NCBI GenBank assembly: GCA_964342875.1 | Contig: CAYFHI010000001.1 | Span: 5,384 to 69,383 of the forward strand | Direction: 5' to 3' | DNA: 64,000 bases | Origin: an uncultured Dehalococcoidaceae bacterium | GTDB taxonomy: Bacteria > Chloroflexota > Dehalococcoidia > Dehalococcoidales > RBG-16-60-22 | Shown: piece after piece, positions 8,242 through 20,963 of the stretch | Numbering within the stretch: the first letter of the stretch is position 1 | Layout of the letters: every line of letters starts with the position of its first letter | Position numbers and translations under genes: made by a program | Notes under the pieces: model-generated | The model's database searches: none | Told to the model about the DNA's origin: nothing | What the model saw: only the letters and a program-made list of their open reading frames with translations

Positions 8242-8592
8242 TCTATCCCCTGTTTTTAAGAGGATTCAGGCGTAAGTTCTCTCAAATGGTTGAGTTGTTA
8301 AACGTGATTTATTACATGTTTTCTTAAAAAATACAGGATAGATAAAAACAGGTTAGTAATATTACGTTGGTTCCTTTTTTCAATATCATGTACTATCTCT
8401 TATTATAGCCCACTATCCATAATGGAATTAATCCAGTCAATCAGGTTATTTTTCTCTGCTACTCCTAGTTTTTAATTGTGGCCCCATTTTGTCATTCTGA
8501 GGAAAACCTCCCGAACCGGCTAAAAATATTGATTCTAGTTTTAGTTTTTATTAAGGTTATCTGATATATGCTTATCTTTCATAGTCAGACCG

Positions 8593-9618
8593 TTATCGTC
8601 TGAGTGCCCGTCGGCCGTACTTAAAGCCTTGTTTGCGCCGTTGCAGCATGTCCAGAAATGCCTCAATGCGTGTTTTTTTATGGGTGGTCAGAGAATAATC
8701 GTCATTACCTTCTAATATAAGAAAGGGTAAGTTAATGGCGTTACGAAATATAATGTCGCCGATTCCCCGGTGACAGAATGCCTGTACATAATGAATGACC
8801 CCATCGACCCGTCTTTTGTCGAGCTCCGCGGTGATGTCTTTTAGTCTTTCATGTATTGAGTATGGATAAGTATAGCTGGAATATTGATCTGCTAGAGAGT
8901 TTCCCGCTTCAGGCATCGCAAACTGTCGCTGAATCTCGTTGAATACTATTCTGGCTCCATTGGTCTCAAGATAGGGGAAAAAGTCTCTGGCGTAAACCGG
9001 AGGTACGCCGATATATGCCATCCTGAGATAATCTGCGGGATATGATTGACGCCGCTGGCATTCGGTTAATAGCGTCTTTAATTGAGAGTAATATTCGTGG
9101 TGGTCCCCGTTGAAATCAGACGAGGAAACCAGCCAGTAGTGGTTCTCGCCGCCGCTGACCAGACTATCTTTCCAGGTCAACTCGTCTAGTTCCCGTGCTA
9201 GGTTGCGGCAGGGTTGAAGTTCATCTCTGACTCGGCTTGCCGCTTCTATGCTTGTACCCAGCGTTGCGGCTAATTCCTCTAAGGTCCGCTGCATGATCTC
9301 TGTATTGGGAAATTCAGGATAGGCGAAAGGTATAGCCTTGAGGTTCTTCAGTCTGAGGACTTCCATCAGTATCTTTGTGTTAGAGCAGTCACCAGTAGTA
9401 ACACAGAGGACGGTATCGATTCCATATTCCATACATACCCCATAGATTCCCTTAATCCAGCTGCAGCAGTTAATGGGGAAACCGGCTTTTTCTGCAATGT
9501 GCACCAACCTTTCCGGGTTAGAGTCGTTTATGAAAATATTGTTCAGGTCAACCGGCTGATAGCCGGCGGCAATGAGAACTTCTATGGGAACTGTAGTGGT
9601 GATGCCGATTTTCTTCAT
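8593..9618 (-). CDS. 2-hydroxyacyl-CoA dehydratase (HgdB/D-component) family protein
   Basis: 341 aa. The N-terminal ITTTVPIEVLIAAGYQPV and C-terminal HYVQAFCHRG patterns are typical of the family. No partner subunit or activator is adjacent. Confidence 0.55.
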   Translation of the reverse strand: MKKIGITTTVPIEVLIAAGYQPVDLNNIFINDSNPERLVHIAEKAGFPINCCSWIKGIYGVCMEYGIDTVLCVTTGDCSNTKILMEVLRLKNLKAIPFAYPEFPNTEIMQRTLEELAATLGTSIEAASRVRDELQPCRNLARELDELTWKDSLVSGGENHYWLVSSSDFNGDHHEYYSQLKTLLTECQRRQSYPADYLRMAYIGVPPVYARDFFPYLETNGARIVFNEIQRQFAMPEAGNSLADQYSSYTYPYSIHERLKDITAELDKRRVDGVIHYVQAFCHRGIGDIIFRNAINLPFLILEGNDDYSLTTHKKTRIEAFLDMLQRRKQGFKYGRRALRR

Positions 9619-9663
9619 TCACTTTATTATATCAAATATCAGGTTAGCCGGCAGCGTATAAGT

Positions 9664-11468
<1,805 letters not shown>

Positions 11469-11504
11469 GTTATCTTTATCCTTGACCGGGTACTGTGGAT
11501 TATA

Positions 11505-12110
11505 TTATTGAGTCGGCTCATCGGCAAAAAACTGGTTGTATTTATTCATCGCAGCGGTTAAATCCTCGGAGAGGAAGCAGAGGATAGCCTGGCTGACGGT
11601 AGGGATAACTCGAGCTATAATTCTTCTTTCCTCGGATGTGAAATCAGTTAAGACATAATCAAGCACGACGGATTCTTTATTGGGTAAAGAACTAATAGCA
11701 TCCGGTCGTCCGATACCTACTCTGATTCGGGAGAATTCCCGGCTTTCTAACTGATCGATAACAGAGTTTATACCTTTATGGCCGCCGGAGCCGCCGCCGT
11801 GCCGGATGCGGATTTTACCCAGTGGGGTATCAAGATCGTCATGTATAACCATGAGGTCGTTGAGTTGGACATTAAACTTTTTTACGAGTCGGTTGATCGA
11901 CTGACCACTCAAGTTCATATAGGTCTGGGGTCGGGCAATCACTACCTTATCACTGGCGACTCCACCCGTGCCAGTGCGCGCCAGCCCCTGTTTTTTAAGA
12001 AACCGTATGCCTTGTGTCTTGGCAAAATGGTTTAGGCACATAAAACCGACATTATGGCGGTTATGGGTGTAGCTGGTTCCTGGATTTCCTAGTCCCACTA
12101 TCAGTTTCAT
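11505..12110 (-). CDS. pth: Peptidyl-tRNA hydrolase
   Basis: 201 aa. GLGNPG...Y..NRHNVGF N-terminal signature. Confidence 0.93.
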   Translation of the reverse strand: MKLIVGLGNPGTSYTHNRHNVGFMCLNHFAKTQGIRFLKKQGLARTGTGGVASDKVVIARPQTYMNLSGQSINRLVKKFNVQLNDLMVIHDDLDTPLGKIRIRHGGGSGGHKGINSVIDQLESREFSRIRVGIGRPDAISSLPNKESVVLDYVLTDFTSEERRIIARVIPTVSQAILCFLSEDLTAAMNKYNQFFADEPTQ

Positions 12111-14158
12111 GATTTTGATTCCTTAAGCTTTTCCACAAAAGCTGTTTCATCGAGTATTTCTGTGCCTAGCTTACGGGCTTGGTCAAGCTTTGAACCGGGG
12201 TTGGTGCCGATGACAACGTAATTTGTTTTACGGGTAACATTACTCCCCGTAGAGCCGCCGAGGTTTTTTATCCGGTCTTGAGCTTGTTGCCGGGTAAAAT
12301 CCTCCAGAGTGCCGGTAATGACAAACTGCATCCCCGTCAAGGGTAGGTCGGCAGGTTCAGTTGCCGTTTCCTTCAGCCGGACTCCGGCTTCTATTAGTCT
12401 TTTGACAATATTTTGGTTTTCTTCCTGATTAAAGAAGGTAATGATGCTGTCGGAAATCTTGGGACCGATAGCCGGCATCAACATCAGATGTTCTTTTGAG
12501 GCGCTAGCCAGTTCATCAATGCTTTGGAACTCTTTTGCCAGGATATTCGCCGTCTCATCACCGACGTGGCGTATGCCTAGAGCAAAGATAACCTTCGGGA
12601 AAGGTCTTTCTTTGCTCTTTTCAACGGCTTTGAATATATTACTGATGCTCTTTTCCGCAATTTTTTCTAGGCTGAGAAGCCGTGCTTCCTTACTTCTCAA
12701 GTTATAGATGTCGGCAACATTCTTGACCAACTCTTCTTTCAGTAGGATGGCACTGAGTGCTTTGCCTATTCCTCGTATATCCATTGCTCCTCGTGAGACA
12801 AAGTGCTGCAATCGTTCCTGTACCTGGTCGGGGCAGGCGGTATTGGTGCAGTAATACATAACCTCGCCCTCGGGCTTGATGATGCTGTTTTTCCCACAAG
12901 AAGGGCAGACAGGTTCTCCCTGTTCGTTCTTCAACTTTTCCAGGAGGCTGAACTCCTTTTCCTGTCCGATACGCTTGCTGCTAACCGGACCAACGATTTC
13001 GGGGATTACTTCGCCCGCTCTCTGGACTATTACCGTATCTCCAACGCGGATATCCTTGCGCCTGATATCGTCTTCATTATGTAGGGCAGCCTGCTTTATG
13101 GTTACTCCTCCCATTGATATAGGTTCCAGGATAGCGTAGGGATTAAGTGTACCTGTTCTGCCGACGCTGATGCTAATGTTAAGGAGTCGGGTGGTGCCCT
13201 GGACAGCGGGAAATTTATAGGCGATTGCCCAGCGCGGCTCACGGCCGATATTTCCCAGTCGCTCTTGAAGGTCAAGCTGGTCTATTTTTATCACGACACC
13301 GTCTGTTTCGTAGGGCAGGCTATCTCGTTTTTCCTCACAGGTTTCGTAATACTCTTCAACCTGCTTGATACTGATTAGCTGGCGGTTATTGGGGTTTGTT
13401 TTGAACCCAAGTGATTTAAGGTATTCCAGCGTTTCCCAGTGAGTTGGCGGGACTGCCCTGCCTTCGGCATATCCGAGCATGTAAATATAAATATCTAGCG
13501 GGCGTTTCGCGGTAATGCGAGAGTCCAACAGCCGTACCGAGCCGGCGGCAGCATTGCGCGGGTTGGCAAACTGGGGCAGACCCTCGGCAGCCCGCTCTTG
13601 GTTGAGTTTGTGAAAGCCGGTTTTTGACAGGAAGACTTCTCCCCTGACTTCAAAGCGGGGTGGCGCATCTCTATTTATGGAGGTGGGTATGCTTCTGATG
13701 GTTCTCAAGTTCTGAGTGATATTCTCGCCGTGGAGTCCATCACCGCGGGTGGCGCCAGTGGTTAGCTGCCCGTTAACGTAGGTGAGGGCGACGGCGAAAC
13801 CGTCAATCTTGTACTCACCGATAAAGTTGAATTGTGACTCGTTCGTCAGTTTTAAAGTACGGGCGTACCAGGCGGAGAGTTCGTCTCTGGAAAAAACGTT
13901 GCCTAGCGAGAGCAAAGGTAAAGGGTGCTCCACGATGCCGAAGGCTTCTACCGGAGTCGCTCCGACGCGCTGGGTAGGTGAGTCAGATGTCAGTAACCGC
14001 GGGTACTGCTCTTCAAGCTGCTTCAGTTCCCTCATTAACCCGTCATATCCGCTGTCGCTAATTTCCGGGTTATCCAGAATATAGTATCGGTGGTTGTGGT
14101 GATTAATCTGGTTCTTTAGTTGCTGGATTCTGTTCCTGATTTTGTCCATCTCTGCCAT
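12107..14158 (-). CDS. ligA: NAD-dependent DNA ligase
   Basis: Adenylation motif EYKIDGFA, Zn finger CPSCG...C.N..CP, HhH region and a BRCT-like C-terminus. I moved the start to Met26 of the track ORF (MAEMDKIRNRI...), where homology begins. Confidence 0.94.
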   Translation of the reverse strand: MAEMDKIRNRIQQLKNQINHHNHRYYILDNPEISDSGYDGLMRELKQLEEQYPRLLTSDSPTQRVGATPVEAFGIVEHPLPLLSLGNVFSRDELSAWYARTLKLTNESQFNFIGEYKIDGFAVALTYVNGQLTTGATRGDGLHGENITQNLRTIRSIPTSINRDAPPRFEVRGEVFLSKTGFHKLNQERAAEGLPQFANPRNAAAGSVRLLDSRITAKRPLDIYIYMLGYAEGRAVPPTHWETLEYLKSLGFKTNPNNRQLISIKQVEEYYETCEEKRDSLPYETDGVVIKIDQLDLQERLGNIGREPRWAIAYKFPAVQGTTRLLNISISVGRTGTLNPYAILEPISMGGVTIKQAALHNEDDIRRKDIRVGDTVIVQRAGEVIPEIVGPVSSKRIGQEKEFSLLEKLKNEQGEPVCPSCGKNSIIKPEGEVMYYCTNTACPDQVQERLQHFVSRGAMDIRGIGKALSAILLKEELVKNVADIYNLRSKEARLLSLEKIAEKSISNIFKAVEKSKERPFPKVIFALGIRHVGDETANILAKEFQSIDELASASKEHLMLMPAIGPKISDSIITFFNQEENQNIVKRLIEAGVRLKETATEPADLPLTGMQFVITGTLEDFTRQQAQDRIKNLGGSTGSNVTRKTNYVVIGTNPGSKLDQARKLGTEILDETAFVEKLKESKS

Positions 14159-14242
14159 TCGGTACGCTCGCTGACAAAATTCATATTTTAGTATAACACA
14201 GTGCTTCATCGGGTAGAAGGTAATGAATATCATGAGAAATTA

Positions 14243-14439
14243 AGGTTAATTGCCTTTTTCTGTCTTAACCTCGCCCTCCTAATCCTCCTCTCCAATCAGC
14301 AAGACAGTATGAACCTGCTAGGTTGAGTGCTTTGGAGAGGAGGAGAAATTTGAAGAAGAGGCGAAGCCACTTCTCTCGGTTATTCCTCTTTCCAGCCACT
14401 AAGAGTCCAGATCTGTACATGAAACGGGCTGGAGAGGGG
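14243..14439. repeat. Three consecutive inverted repeats (hairpins) in the cobU-ligA spacer
   Basis: First: AGGTTAA / TTAACCT (14243-14271). Second: a perfect 13-bp pair TCCTCCTCTCCAA / TTGGAGAGGAGGA (14283-14344). Third: CCTCTTTCCAGCC / GGCTGGAGAGGGG (14385-14439), with 2 positions that pair as G-U only in a plus-strand RNA. Confidence 0.7.
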
Positions 14440-14529
14440 TCAGGAGTGAGGTAAACTTGTTAACCAAATGTAGTAAAATCGACATGCTGGATAGCGACGA
14501 ATGAAAAGATAGTTAAGGCTGGTTGGTGC

Positions 14530-15099
14530 TCAGAGAGTCGTTGCCGATTTTATCCGTAGAGGTATGCCTGCTGCCATAAGATAGACCTCATCCACGGTCT
14601 CTGTCAGCATTTGGTTAGTCTTGCCGAGAAGATCTCGATATAACCGGCTGGTATAATCTGTCGGCACTAGGCCGAGTCCAACCTCGTTGGTGACTAAAAT
14701 AAAGCTGGCATTAACCGACTTAAGACACCCGTTAAGTCCACCAATCTCTGCTAGGACCTTTTTTTCGGCTTGCTGGGCATCAATCTGTTCATCAGTATCT
14801 CTGACGTGTTCAAACATAATATTGTTAACCAGAAGGGTGATGCAATCGATAATCACCGTCTGTGATTCACCGATGTTGTTGGTGATAAGCTTACCTAAAT
14901 ACTTGGTGATTTCAAGGGTGGTCCAATCGACTGGTCTTGCTTTCCGGTGCTCCTCGATTCGCTGGCGCATCTCTTCGTCGCTGGCGGTGGCGGTCGCTAC
15001 AAAAAGGATGGGCTTACCTGATTTCAGGGCAAGCTCCATGGCAAAATTACTTTTACCGCTGCGGGCGCCGCCGAGTATTAGAGTGTTAATCTGGCTCAA
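14530..15099 (-). CDS. cobU: Adenosylcobinamide kinase / adenosylcobinamide-phosphate guanylyltransferase
   Basis: 189 aa. P-loop GGARSGKS. Length and layout are typical of CobU/CobP. Confidence 0.85.
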   Translation of the reverse strand: MSQINTLILGGARSGKSNFAMELALKSGKPILFVATATASDEEMRQRIEEHRKARPVDWTTLEITKYLGKLITNNIGESQTVIIDCITLLVNNIMFEHVRDTDEQIDAQQAEKKVLAEIGGLNGCLKSVNASFILVTNEVGLGLVPTDYTSRLYRDLLGKTNQMLTETVDEVYLMAAGIPLRIKSATTL

Positions 15100-15178
15100 C
15101 TCCCTTTATCGTCTTCAAAGGAAAAGGAATATCTTAAAGCAAACGCTGCTATCTCAGCGCTGTAACCGACGATGACGA

Positions 15179-15808
15179 CTATTTTTTGCTCTTTTTGGGT
15201 TTCTCTTCTATTACCGGTTTGCCCAGAACTTCGTCAATAAGGCCGTACTCGACTGCCTGTCCGGGATTAAGATAGAAATCGCGATCGGTATCCTGAGTTA
15301 TCTTTTCGATAGATTGCTCTGTATTTTTAACTAGGATATTTTTGATAATCTCTTGCTGTCGCATAATCTCGCGGGCGGCAATGACAATATCAGCCGCCTG
15401 ACCCTGGGCACCGCCCATCGCCTGGTGCATGTGGATGGTGGCATTGGGCAGGGCATAGCGTTTGCCTTTCTTACCGGCGCAAAGCAGCACCGTACCCATG
15501 CTGGCAGCCAGCCCGACACAGATGGTTGATACATCAGGTCGGATAAGGTTTAATGTGTCATAAATAGCTAGGCCAGCGCTGATGACGCCGCCAGGACTCT
15601 GAATGTACATGCTGATGTCCTTATCAGGGTCTTCACGCTCCAGATAGAGAAGCTGGGCAATGATAGTATTAGCTACGGGGTCGCTGATGGGTGTGAATAA
15701 CATTATTATTCGCTCTTTTAACAGCAGGGAGTATATATCCCAGAATCTTTCACCCTTAGGACCACTCTCCACGACACCGGGGATAATATTCATTGGTTGA
15801 TAATTCAT
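15179..15808 (-). CDS. clpP: ATP-dependent Clp protease proteolytic subunit
   Basis: 209 aa. GLAASMG (Ser) and IHQ-type His motifs. tig-clpP synteny, with an ATGA overlap with tig. Confidence 0.95.
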   Translation of the reverse strand: MNYQPMNIIPGVVESGPKGERFWDIYSLLLKERIIMLFTPISDPVANTIIAQLLYLEREDPDKDISMYIQSPGGVISAGLAIYDTLNLIRPDVSTICVGLAASMGTVLLCAGKKGKRYALPNATIHMHQAMGGAQGQAADIVIAAREIMRQQEIIKNILVKNTEQSIEKITQDTDRDFYLNPGQAVEYGLIDEVLGKPVIEEKPKKSKK

Positions 15809-17121
15809 TTTGTTTCCTCCTCATCTTCTGTTTTTACTGTCTCCGTGCCCTTGGCTATTTCCAACAGTCGCTCAATCGTTTTCCTGGTAATTAGTGCCTG
15901 TCTAATTGACTGGCGGAACTGAGGCGCATCTATCAGGTTATTCATCTTATTTGCATTTTCCCCAGCTTTTTTTACCATTCTTTCGACTTCTCTGTCTATG
16001 TCAGAATCGTTTACTTCAATCTTTTCCTCCTCCATCACCTTACCGAGCATAATGCTGCGGGTAACCCTTTTTATGGCAGCGGGTCGCGTATCTTCCCATA
16101 GCTCCTTTTGTGTTTTGTTCGCACTTGCTAGATAACGTTCCAGATCCTTATCGTTCATTTGCAAACGTCTCAACCAATCATTGAAAAGCCGCTCCATTTC
16201 TATTTCTACTAGAATCGGCGGGAATTCCACTTGGGTGAGTTCAACCGCAGCATCGATAACTCTCTCTTCAACGTCAGCACGGGTTTTTTCCTCGGCCCTC
16301 GATTTAAGGTTAGTGGCTACCTCTTCGCGCAGCTTTTCCAGTGTCTCTATTTCAGGATTGATCTGTTTCGCCAGTGTGTCGTCCAAATCAGGGAGATTTT
16401 CCTGTTTGATATCATATATTTTAATCTTGAAAGACGCTTCCTTATCCGCCATTTTGGAGTTGTGAAAATCCTTAGGGGTTCTTAGCTTAAATTCCTTCTC
16501 CTCACCCTTAGTAGTTCCGATCAGTTGCTCGGCAAATCCTGGTACGGGCTCGGTTGAATCAGCCATAACTTGATACCGGGCCCCTTTCTGGTTGATAAAT
16601 GGATTCCCCTCAGCTTCACTTTCAATATCCAGTATCGCTAGGTCTTTGAAGTTTAGTGGTCGCTCCACTGGTTCCCAGATAGAATGTTGATGGCGTAGCT
16701 CCTCCAGGACAGCGTTAATATTTTCCTCAGATACGGTCACCGGCTCCGGATCTATCCGTATCTGCCGGTAATCACCCAGTGTAATCGTGGGTGGTAACGG
16801 CACTATGGCGTTGAATATAACCGGCTCCATCTGGGTTACTTCAATGCGCGGTTTGGAAATAGCTTTAATATCTTGTTCCTTGATTGCCTTTTCATAAGCT
16901 TCCGGTACCAGGTGGTTAACGGCATCTTCAAGGAGATTATCTTTCCCGATGTGACGCTCCAGTATCGAGCGCGGCGCTTTTCCTTTACGAAATCCGGGGA
17001 TATTCGTTTTTTTCGCCAAACGATGGTATGACGCTTCAAGAGACTCGGCTACTTCAGTCGCCTCCATCTCAACCGTTAAAAATGCCTGACAGTCTTCAGT
17101 CTTGTCCCTGGTTACTTTCAC
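15805..17121 (-). CDS. tig: Trigger factor
   Basis: 438 aa. GFRKGKAP ribosome-binding motif and an acidic C-terminus. Confidence 0.93.
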   Translation of the reverse strand: MKVTRDKTEDCQAFLTVEMEATEVAESLEASYHRLAKKTNIPGFRKGKAPRSILERHIGKDNLLEDAVNHLVPEAYEKAIKEQDIKAISKPRIEVTQMEPVIFNAIVPLPPTITLGDYRQIRIDPEPVTVSEENINAVLEELRHQHSIWEPVERPLNFKDLAILDIESEAEGNPFINQKGARYQVMADSTEPVPGFAEQLIGTTKGEEKEFKLRTPKDFHNSKMADKEASFKIKIYDIKQENLPDLDDTLAKQINPEIETLEKLREEVATNLKSRAEEKTRADVEERVIDAAVELTQVEFPPILVEIEMERLFNDWLRRLQMNDKDLERYLASANKTQKELWEDTRPAAIKRVTRSIMLGKVMEEEKIEVNDSDIDREVERMVKKAGENANKMNNLIDAPQFRQSIRQALITRKTIERLLEIAKGTETVKTEDEEETK

Positions 17122-18059
17122 TATACCTCCATCAGTTTCGCTTTGCGTTTCTCCTGATAATATCTTAAATATCCGGCGACACTCATATGAACGCTAATCT
17201 CTGCCAAGTATTTATATAATAGTTTGTTTTCCCTGACAGGTTCCAGTTCGGTATATCCTCGGGTAATCATTTTATCTGCCACGCCATTGAATTTCCCATC
17301 GGTAACAGCTGCGTCAACCATCTTTTCCCAGGACTTAATTTTATCTATAGCTAACTCCAGATTTTCGTGAACCTTATCGCTTACTCCGAAGTGAGCGAAA
17401 TACATCCGGTCGGCATTTATACTCATCAGCCAGCGAATTGTATTAATGAAGATTTCGGCGTCAAAATTCGGCGGTGGAGTAGCCGGAAGTAAAATATCGT
17501 TTTCCGGTAAATATATTCCGGCAGCATCACCGGTAAATAATCCGTGGTTTCGAGTTTCATGGATGACCAGTTCGTGGGGAGCATGTCCTGGGGCATCAAT
17601 GCATTGTATCTGTTGGCGGTCACTCAGTTTAATGGTATCACCATCTTTTACTGGTACCAACCGCTTTTCATCAATGGGTACAACCTCTCCGAATCTGGCC
17701 ATCGACTCTTCGCCCTGAACAGCCATAACGCTCTGTACCAGTATTGCTGGATTTACCAGATGCCGGAAGCCTTTATTATGGACGACTACTCTGGCTTTTG
17801 GCATACTTCTAACCAGTGTCCCGGCTCCTCCCGCATGGTCTAAATGGATATGAGTAATAACTATATAGTCGATATCCTCAGGGTTAACACCAATCTCCCT
17901 GATTCCATCCAGAACGGTATTTACCGTAGTGGTTGGGCCGGTGTCTATCAATACCTTTTTTTCTTCATTAAGAAGATAAACGCTTCCCCACCTTGGGATT
18001 GAGTACAGATTGTTATCAATTATATGGACCTTTTCAGCGACTTCTTGTGTGTTAAGCAT
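17121..18059 (-). CDS. MBL-fold metallo-hydrolase
   Basis: 312 aa. HxHxDH motif (THIHLDHAGG). Confidence 0.75.
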   Translation of the reverse strand: MLNTQEVAEKVHIIDNNLYSIPRWGSVYLLNEEKKVLIDTGPTTTVNTVLDGIREIGVNPEDIDYIVITHIHLDHAGGAGTLVRSMPKARVVVHNKGFRHLVNPAILVQSVMAVQGEESMARFGEVVPIDEKRLVPVKDGDTIKLSDRQQIQCIDAPGHAPHELVIHETRNHGLFTGDAAGIYLPENDILLPATPPPNFDAEIFINTIRWLMSINADRMYFAHFGVSDKVHENLELAIDKIKSWEKMVDAAVTDGKFNGVADKMITRGYTELEPVRENKLLYKYLAEISVHMSVAGYLRYYQEKRKAKLMEV

Positions 18060-18062
18060 AAA

Positions 18063-19856
18063 TCATTCGTCTCGCAGGATAATGTGTAATTCTGCCAGCT
18101 GCTCCTCCGTAACCGGGGAAGGTGCTTTAGAGGTCAGGTCAATGGCGCTCTGGTTTTTAGGGAAGGCAACTACCTCTCTGATATTCTCCTCTCCCGCCAG
18201 CAGCATCACGATGCGATCGATACCCGGGGCAATACCTCCGTGTGGCGGAGCGCCATAGTCAAAAGCCTCTAGCAGATGCCCGAAACGCTCTTCGATTTGT
18301 TCGTCAGTATGGCCCAGAAGCCTGAAAATCTTCTTTTGAAGCTCACTTTTGTGAATCCTGATGCTGCCGCTGGATAGTTCATAGCCGTTACATATAAAAT
18401 CATAACTTTTAGCCTTGACTTTTTCGGGAGCCGTGTCCAGAAAAGGGATATCCTCCTCTTTAGGCGCTGTAAACGGGTGGTGTATAGAGTTCCAACATCC
18501 TGCCTTCTTGTCCCATGCCAGCAGGGGGAAATCAACCACAAAAGCAAATGCCAGTGTATCCGGCTCAGTTAGTTTAAGCCGGTGTCCCATTTCTCTCCGT
18601 AGTTCGCCTAGTGTGGTATTGACGAGCTTGGTTTCGCCGGCAACGACGAGTAAAAGGTCCCCCATATTCGCTTCCAGACGTTTTGCCACCCCTTTAATCT
18701 GCTCAAAGGATAAAAACTTGGCTGCCGCCGATTTTACTGTCTCCGGAGTTAATTCGTTTAAATTGCCGGCGGAAGTGCCCAAGGTGATGGTCAGTAGGCC
18801 CCCTGCTCCGAGTTTTTTTGCTATCTGGTTCAGTTCTTCGAGTTGGTGGCGTGAGTAAGCAGCACAACCCGAGGCGTTTATTCCTTTTATGCTCCCGCCC
18901 CCAGCAATAACCGAATTGAAAATCTCAAAATCGCATCCGATGACAATATCCGTGAGGTCCCTGATCTCTAGCCCGAAGCGTAAGTCTGGCTTGTCCGAAC
19001 CGAAACGATCCATAACTTCGGTGTAAGTGAGGCGGGGAAACGGCTTTGTTATACGCATCTCTGGCTTAATTGTTTCCACCATGGTGGTAAACATATCTTC
19101 AACCAATCTAATTATGTCTTTTTCATCGACAAAGCTCATTTCGAGGTCGAGTTGGGTAAATTCCGGCTGACGGTCGGCGCGCGTGTCTTCGTCACGGAAA
19201 CATCGGGCTATCTGGTAGTATTTCTCCAGTCCGGCAACCATCAATAGCTGTTTTAGTTGTTGTGGCGACTGTGGTAAGGCGTAGAACTTGCTGGGGTGAA
19301 GGCGGCTGGGCACTAGGTAATCGCGGGCCCCCTCTGGAGTGCTTTTAATCAGGATTGGCGTATCCACTTCGATAAATCCACGGGTATCCAAGTAATAACG
19401 CATAAACTTTACAATCTGGTGACGCAGCAGTAAATTCTCCTTCATCCGGAGTCGCCGCAGGTCAAGATACCGATATTTAAGCCGGAGGCCTTCCTCTATC
19501 TCAACGTCCTCATTAATATAAAATGGGGGTGTCTTTGACGCATTCAGTATTTCAACATCACGGGCGATAACCTCAACCTCACCGGATGGTAACCTGAGGT
19601 TCTCGGTTCCCGGAGGGCGTAAAGCGACTTCCCCGCTCACCCGGATAACATACTCATTGCGTAGCTCACTGGCGATTTTATGGGATTCTCCGGCGATATC
19701 CGGATTGAATACTATCTGGACGATGCCGTCCCTGTCTCGCAGGTCAATGAATATCAACCCTCCGTGGTCACGTCGTCGGTGTACCCAGCCGGCAAGTGTT
19801 AGTTTAGTCCCAAAATGTTCTTTCCTGGGTTCACCGCAAGTGTGAGTTTTAAGCAA
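18063..19856 (-). CDS. aspS: Aspartate--tRNA ligase
   Basis: 597 aa. FIDLRDR, class II motifs FRDED and GGIAPGIDR, and a bacterial-type insertion domain. Confidence 0.95.
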   Translation of the reverse strand: MLKTHTCGEPRKEHFGTKLTLAGWVHRRRDHGGLIFIDLRDRDGIVQIVFNPDIAGESHKIASELRNEYVIRVSGEVALRPPGTENLRLPSGEVEVIARDVEILNASKTPPFYINEDVEIEEGLRLKYRYLDLRRLRMKENLLLRHQIVKFMRYYLDTRGFIEVDTPILIKSTPEGARDYLVPSRLHPSKFYALPQSPQQLKQLLMVAGLEKYYQIARCFRDEDTRADRQPEFTQLDLEMSFVDEKDIIRLVEDMFTTMVETIKPEMRITKPFPRLTYTEVMDRFGSDKPDLRFGLEIRDLTDIVIGCDFEIFNSVIAGGGSIKGINASGCAAYSRHQLEELNQIAKKLGAGGLLTITLGTSAGNLNELTPETVKSAAAKFLSFEQIKGVAKRLEANMGDLLLVVAGETKLVNTTLGELRREMGHRLKLTEPDTLAFAFVVDFPLLAWDKKAGCWNSIHHPFTAPKEEDIPFLDTAPEKVKAKSYDFICNGYELSSGSIRIHKSELQKKIFRLLGHTDEQIEERFGHLLEAFDYGAPPHGGIAPGIDRIVMLLAGEENIREVVAFPKNQSAIDLTSKAPSPVTEEQLAELHIILRDE

Positions 19857-19931
19857 AACAGCCTCCTAGTAAAATGAAACGCCACTTTAATTATAGCTTA
19901 CTGCGGAGACACACTTCAACCTGAGGGTGCT

Positions 19932-20634
19932 TCAGTAAGGTAGCTTTGCCGCGCCAATGATGAATGGTACCAAGTGCATATGATGCCGTTGCAGTTCGAA
20001 TATTTTGAGTCTGGCGGGTTCAATGCTATCGGTAGTCCTGCGGTTCAGGTAGACAACCCGATCCAAGCCATCGCCATTATGGCGTTAGCGTATTCTGTAT
20101 CCATTTGTGGAAACCGTGATTTGCCTGAACATGTTCGACGAACCGGGAAATTCCGTCCGGTTTAAGGACCCGCTTTACTTCAGACAGAGCCTGAACCGGA
20201 TTCCGCACTGTGCAGAGGGGTTAATGTGGAGATAACGGTATCAAATGAGGCATCGGGAAGCGGCAGCATTTCCGCGGGACGCTGGTGGAATTTCACTCTC
20301 AGCCCTAATTCCTTTACTTTTTTACGAGCCCGCCGGAGTATGAAAGGGTTAGGGTCGATGGCTACAAGGGATACCGACCCTGGATAGTAAGGAAAATTGA
20401 ATCATGTCCCGACTCTGATTTTAAGGATACGCTCCTTAGCCGCATTCGTAAGAGTCTGCGGTAGGTACGCATCATTCCCCGCTCACTGAAGCGTCCCAAG
20501 AAGGCGTACGCCGCCGTGAACCAGTGATGCCCATCGGCATTAAGGGATACGCTCGCTTGTTTATTGAATATCTTCAAAACTTCTGATGAATCATGAAAAA
20601 TTAGGCGTATAGCAGAGAAACACGTAACCGGCAA
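19932..20634 (-). pseudogene. Class I SAM-dependent methyltransferase (Methyltransf_11-like), multiply frameshifted
   Basis: Minus-strand fragments in three frames carry family motifs: ERILKIRVGT* (degraded motif I), [68 protein letters not shown] and HLNRRTTDSIEPARLKIFEL. Confidence 0.7.
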
Positions 20635-20637
20635 CCG

Positions 20638-20949
20638 TTATTTGTTAATAATTAGATTCAACCGGTTTATTGTACCGGTGCCTTTCAGGGTAGAAACCAT
20701 CCCTGTAATGGTCTCAGAGATAATTTTATTGGCGAAAGGAGTCAGTGAAATCACCGCACCGTTAAGATTTAATTTTACCTGTCTCTCTTCATCGATGGAA
20801 AGCTCCAGGTTTTCAATTTTACCTGTTCCCCTCAAACTGCCCAGAATTCCATTGACAATATGCTCTAAAAAACCCTGAGTAAAGTATTTCAGTTTAACGG
20901 GGATATCGTTAACCGTAAGTTCTACCTGTTCTAGCATCGTACTGTCCAC
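20638..20949 (-). CDS. Hypothetical 103-aa protein with internal duplication
   Basis: Two similar halves: GILGSLRGTGKIENLELSI and GMVSTLKGTGTINRLNLII. Co-oriented immediately downstream of the tusA-like gene. Confidence 0.55.
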   Translation of the reverse strand: MDSTMLEQVELTVNDIPVKLKYFTQGFLEHIVNGILGSLRGTGKIENLELSIDEERQVKLNLNGAVISLTPFANKIISETITGMVSTLKGTGTINRLNLIINK

Positions 20950-20963
20950 TTAATACTCCTCTT

